Origin: Nitrospirota bacterium
Lineage (GTDB): Bacteria; Nitrospirota; Nitrospiria; 2-01-FULL-66-17
Assembly (NCBI GenBank): GCA_049325335.1
Contig: JBMOMC010000044.1
Coordinates: 32,001-96,000 of the forward strand
Length of the DNA stretch: 64,000 bases
Reading direction: 5' to 3'
The translations under genes and the position numbers were made by a program. The notes beneath the pieces are model-generated. The model did not search any database and was not told the DNA's origin. It worked only from the letters and a program-made list of their open reading frames with translations. How positions within the stretch are numbered: position 1 is the first letter of the stretch; the number at the start of each line of letters is the position of its first letter. Positions 60,042 through 64,000 of this stretch are shown piece by piece.

Positions 60042-62652
60042 CATGTGGCGCGAGTACTACCCTCTGTTAATCCCCGCGGGGCCGGTGGTCGCGGCGCTGC
60101 TGACGGCCCTCCCGTCCCGACTGATCCGCGAGTGGCACTATCGGATCGGGACCTTCGCGCACACGGTGGCGTTCGGCTGCGCCGTGGTGTTGCTCATCCA
60201 GGTGGCGGGGTCTTCGGAGCAAACACCCGTTCGCCTCGATCTGTTCCCCTCGCCGTGGCGGTTTGTCCCATCCTTTACGCTCGCGGTCGACCGCCTGGCC
60301 GCGGTGCTGATGGTGGTGATCTCGGCGATCGGCGCGCTGCTGTATTTCTACTCGATCCGGTACATGCAGCAGGAACGCGGCCGCGCCCGGTACCATGCCC
60401 TGCTCTCCGTCCAGATTGCGGTGCTGCTCGGCATGGTTTCCAGCGCCAATCTGGTCATGTTGTTCGTGTTCTGGCAGCTACTCGGGTGGTTGCTATCCCT
60501 CCTGTCCTACAACTATGCGCATCCACCGACCTCGCAGGGGGCATTCCGAACGTTTATCATGTTGCGGCTTGGGGACATTGTCTTTTTGTCGGGCATCGTC
60601 CTCGCGTTCACCTTGTACGGGACTGTAGATCTCTCGCAGCTCTTTGTCCGGGCCGCGGAGAATCAGTCCACGCTCACCCTGTTCTGGCCCGGAAGCGGGC
60701 TGGACGTCAGCGGCGCGACGGCCGTCACGCTGCTGATCTTTGTAGGGGCCATGAGCAAGTCCGCGCAGATCCCGCTGCACATGTGGCTACCGGATTCGCT
60801 GTACGCCCCCACCACGATCCACGCCCTGCTTCACGCCGGCATCATCAACGCCGGCGGCTTCCTGCTGACGCGTCTCGCCCCGCTCTTCGTCCTCGCGCCC
60901 ACCACGCTTCATGTGACGTTCGCGGTCGGCCTGCTCACCGCGCTGTTGGGCGCGTCCATGATGCTGACGCAGAACGACATCAAGAAGACCCTCGGCTATT
61001 CCACCATCGGACAAATGGGCTACATGATTATGGAATGCGGGCTGGGCGCCTTTTCCCTGGCCGTGTTTCACCTGATCGCCCACGGGCTCTTCAAGGCGAC
61101 GATCTTTCTCAACTGCGGCAACGTCATTCATCTCGCCCGCCGGGAACCACGATCACCGCACAGGCCCGATGCGCGCGGGTTGACCTCGTTCTCGGCGATC
61201 CCCTGGGCGACCGGTTTCATCACGACGCTGGTGCTCCCCCTCGTCATTTTGCTGGCCGCGCATGGAGTGCTCCAGATCCCGTTGCGAATCGGCGAGGGGG
61301 GCGTGATCTTTCTGTTCTTTAGCTGGGTGACGTCCTCGCAGGCGATCCTCACGCTGTATCGTCTGCGAGCGGTCGAGTCGTGGAAGGTCGCGGGCCTCAT
61401 GCTCGTCGCGCTGCTGCTGGTGATGTTCACGTATTTGTTCGCGGCCGAGCGCTTCACGCGCTTTCTGTTTCCGGATCCCGGCGTGGTCACCGCGTATTTT
61501 GAAGCCGCCGCCCTGCCCGGCCCCGTGTTCGACGCGCTCATCGCGGTGACCGCACTCGTGGCCGCCATGGGATGGATTCTGATTTACTCCCGGAGCCACG
61601 GTCGACCGATACCCTTCCCCGCGCGGATCAGCGCACTGCACACCATCGGGTACCTGTTCCTGGTGAACCGGCTGTACCTCGACGGTCTTGCACTGCGATT
61701 GGGACAGGGATTCAGCCGCGCGATCCAGGCGCTCGATCACAACCGCCTGTTTCCACCGGTTGCGGCGCTGCTTGCCGCGGTGCCCGCGATCGCCGTGTCG
61801 GCGGGAACGTTTCCGGATCTCGCGGGCACGCGGATCGCGCTCTGTACACTGACGGCGCTCGCGCTTCCCTTGTTTCCGCTTCACGGCGCGTATGTGCTCG
61901 TCCTGACCCGGTTGCCCGGATTCGCCTCCTCGGCCATGGCGCTCCTGTTGCCGCTGGCCGGTCTATATGGAGCGGCGAGTGTCCTCCCCGAGCTGCCCGC
62001 CAGGGTATTGACGGGGGTGAAAGTGCTGGCATTGTCCGGGGCTGTCTATGGCTCGATTAAAGCGCTCGCGCAGGTTCGGGCGACCGGGTTCATCGCCTAC
62101 GGGGGGGTGGCGCTCTATTCGATTCTCTGGTGGCATGTGGCGGTGGCCGGCCGCGTGATGTCACAGGACGCCATCTTCGCTGGGGCCGCCGCGCTGGTCG
62201 CCGCGGGGCTGTGTCTGGCGTGGCGCGCACTGCAGATACGGTACGGCGATCTCACCATGAACCGGATCGGCGGACTGGCCCGTCCCATGCCGCGGTTCGC
62301 CACCCTGTTGGCCCTGCTGGTCATGGCGGCTGCGGGGTTGCCGCCCTTCGGCCTGTTCTCCGGGTACGTCGCCCTGCTGCTCGATCCATCGAACGAGGTC
62401 GCCCTCGGTAGCTCCGTGGCCATCGGGGTCGTGCTCCTGGTATGGTTCATTGCGTCGTGGTATCTGTTCAAGCTGATGCAGCGTCTCCTATTCGGCCCCC
62501 ATAGGCCGGATCTTCCCTACCAGGATCTTCGCCCTGTAGAAATTGCGCCGCTGGTCGCCGTTCTGCTCATGCTCCTGGCGCTGGGCGTGGCGCCGCATAC
62601 GCTCATCGCTGAAGTCGACACCCTTATGCTGACAGCTTGGAGTCCTCGATGA
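60034..62652 (+). CDS. dabB: DAB/Mps membrane subunit, copy 2 (tandem paralog)
   Basis: Colinear with copy 1 over its full length, with long identical stretches. Confidence 0.85.
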   Translation: MSNMWREYYPLLIPAGPVVAALLTALPSRLIREWHYRIGTFAHTVAFGCAVVLLIQVAGSSEQTPVRLDLFPSPWRFVPSFTLAVDRLAAVLMVVISAIGALLYFYSIRYMQQERGRARYHALLSVQIAVLLGMVSSANLVMLFVFWQLLGWLLSLLSYNYAHPPTSQGAFRTFIMLRLGDIVFLSGIVLAFTLYGTVDLSQLFVRAAENQSTLTLFWPGSGLDVSGATAVTLLIFVGAMSKSAQIPLHMWLPDSLYAPTTIHALLHAGIINAGGFLLTRLAPLFVLAPTTLHVTFAVGLLTALLGASMMLTQNDIKKTLGYSTIGQMGYMIMECGLGAFSLAVFHLIAHGLFKATIFLNCGNVIHLARREPRSPHRPDARGLTSFSAIPWATGFITTLVLPLVILLAAHGVLQIPLRIGEGGVIFLFFSWVTSSQAILTLYRLRAVESWKVAGLMLVALLLVMFTYLFAAERFTRFLFPDPGVVTAYFEAAALPGPVFDALIAVTALVAAMGWILIYSRSHGRPIPFPARISALHTIGYLFLVNRLYLDGLALRLGQGFSRAIQALDHNRLFPPVAALLAAVPAIAVSAGTFPDLAGTRIALCTLTALALPLFPLHGAYVLVLTRLPGFASSAMALLLPLAGLYGAASVLPELPARVLTGVKVLALSGAVYGSIKALAQVRATGFIAYGGVALYSILWWHVAVAGRVMSQDAIFAGAAALVAAGLCLAWRALQIRYGDLTMNRIGGLARPMPRFATLLALLVMAAAGLPPFGLFSGYVALLLDPSNEVALGSSVAIGVVLLVWFIASWYLFKLMQRLLFGPHRPDLPYQDLRPVEIAPLVAVLLMLLALGVAPHTLIAEVDTLMLTAWSPR

Positions 62653-64000
62653 ACCCATTGGAAGTGGAAGCGCGCCCGCGCTATCAGGAGACCCAACGGA
62701 CCGAACTACGCACGCTGGTCCGGATCGCGAGCGAGATGGTCGCGCAGTACTGGCCCATGCGGACCTTCGTGCACCACAATCCGTTGCACGGGCTCGAGGA
62801 ACTTCACTTCGAGGAAGCCGCGCGGCGCGCGCGCCAGGCGCTCGGTGGAATGACCTATCTGCCGAACGAGGTGTTTCGCGACTATGTGCGCACGGGGCGC
62901 ATTCGGTCAGATGAGATCGATGACGCCCTCAAACCATTGGCCCAGGATCACCAGGTTGCCCTGGGCGATCGCAAGCTGACGCATCTGGACGTGCTGCGTG
63001 CCCATCTGCTGCACGGCATGTCCGCCCCTCCGGACGACGTCCTGGATGCCATGATCGAACGGCGGAAAGATCGCCGTGCGATCCTCGCGCTCGCGGACCG
63101 CCTGGGCCGCGAAGCCCCACGGGCGATCGAAGAGGCTCGCGCCCAAGCGGAGCTGGCCGCGATCGGCAGATCGATCACGCTGGCCGCCTGGTGCGATCGC
63201 GCGTTGGGCACGCAGGTGACCGAACAGATCAACCGGGAAATGATCAAGTGGTGCGAGGCGTTCCTCGACGAGGAGCACGCCGCCTGGTCCATGCCGGGAC
63301 GAGACATGGGGTTCTACTCCGCGTGGAAGTGGCTCGCGAGCCTGGAGTGGTCCCCCTGCGGTATCGCGCGAAGCCGCCGGAAGCTGGCCGACCTCCCGGA
63401 CAATGCGGAAGAGGCCTTGCTTGATCACTTGGCGGTCCTGGGCGTTTCGCCGGACGCGTGGCAGGACTATCTCGCGTCCCACTTCGTGGCTATGCCTGGC
63501 TGGCCAGGCTTTATCAAATGGCGTGCGGATCAGACCGACTATGAATGGCAGCAGGCCTATCCGATCGACCTGATCCAATACCTGGCGGTGCGCGTGTGGT
63601 ACGAGCGAGAGCTGGTCCAGCAGGTCTGCCGGCGGGAACTGGGTGGCGACGGGACGGTGGAGGCCATCCGCGCCGCGGCGACATCAAAGGCCGCCCGCGC
63701 CGCCGAGAGTCCTGACACCCTTCGGCGCACCGCGGCGTGGCGCCTGCTGGCCCTGGCCCATGCGTTGGACGTGGCACCTCCGGCGCTCATGGACACGGAG
63801 CCAGCGATCCTCCAGACGCTGGTGGACTGGCTGGATGCCTTTCCGGAAGCGGCGCACGGACCGGTGTGGCTGCGAGCGTTCGAGGCCGGCTATCGGGACC
63901 GGCTCTTGGAGCAGCTCAGGCCGCAAGTGGTCCAGTCTCCCAAGGCGACTGCGGTTCGCCCGCAAGCGCAGGCGGTCTTTTGCATCGATGTGCGCTCGGA
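62649..64000 (+). CDS. dabA: DabA/MpsB (DUF2309) beta-carbonic-anhydrase-like subunit, 5' part (absent from the ORF track because no stop falls in the window)
   Basis: ATGA overlap with the dabB stop; translates MNPLEVE...YWPMRTFVHHNPLHGLE...MPGWPGFIKWR...QAVFCIDVRS (Zn-ligand motif) at the window end. Confidence 0.93.
   Translation, partial: MNPLEVEARPRYQETQRTELRTLVRIASEMVAQYWPMRTFVHHNPLHGLEELHFEEAARRARQALGGMTYLPNEVFRDYVRTGRIRSDEIDDALKPLAQDHQVALGDRKLTHLDVLRAHLLHGMSAPPDDVLDAMIERRKDRRAILALADRLGREAPRAIEEARAQAELAAIGRSITLAAWCDRALGTQVTEQINREMIKWCEAFLDEEHAAWSMPGRDMGFYSAWKWLASLEWSPCGIARSRRKLADLPDNAEEALLDHLAVLGVSPDAWQDYLASHFVAMPGWPGFIKWRADQTDYEWQQAYPIDLIQYLAVRVWYERELVQQVCRRELGGDGTVEAIRAAATSKAARAAESPDTLRRTAAWRLLALAHALDVAPPALMDTEPAILQTLVDWLDAFPEAAHGPVWLRAFEAGYRDRLLEQLRPQVVQSPKATAVRPQAQAVFCIDVRS

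Noticed and set aside
57414..62652. Respiratory complex I nuoL/nuoM or Mrp antiporter
   Set aside because: No other nuo/mrp genes nearby; the HAGIINAGG motif and coupling to DUF2309 indicate DAB/Mps

Overview
High-GC bacterial chromosomal segment. Gene content and order suggest Nitrospirota or a similar Gram-negative chemolithoautotroph (inference only). Most of it is housekeeping: the 3' end of glgX, a complete isc operon (iscR-S-U-A-hscB-hscA-fdx-iscX), purE/purH/purD, rpmE-prfA-prmC-murA-hisGDBHAF-hisIE-HIT, yqeY-dnaG-rpoD-tRNA(CAT) and glnD. Accessory loci are a CusRS-type two-component system with two copper-box-controlled small periplasmic genes; a pgsB-pgsC-pgsW poly-gamma-glutamate cluster followed by a secreted protein and an outer-membrane barrel; an ArnT/GT2/PAP2 lipid-glycosylation cluster; a GAF-GAF-ANTAR protein; a BNR-propeller/barrel/SmbP-like cluster; and a small Zn-ribbon/unknown/cytochrome c operon. 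The right end holds a DAB/Mps inorganic-carbon pump locus (DUF2294, two tandem extended dabB genes, then dabA running off the window). Two observations stand out. (1) The ~240-nt dab leader contains two similarly built hairpins tied to two intrinsic terminators, and it shares a promoter motif with the DUF2294 gene, which suggests an undescribed attenuation/antitermination switch. (2) A ~120-bp structured element occurs four times, always starting at a gene's stop codon in the same orientation, with compensatory base changes. All family assignments were made by eye from motifs; no database searches were run.
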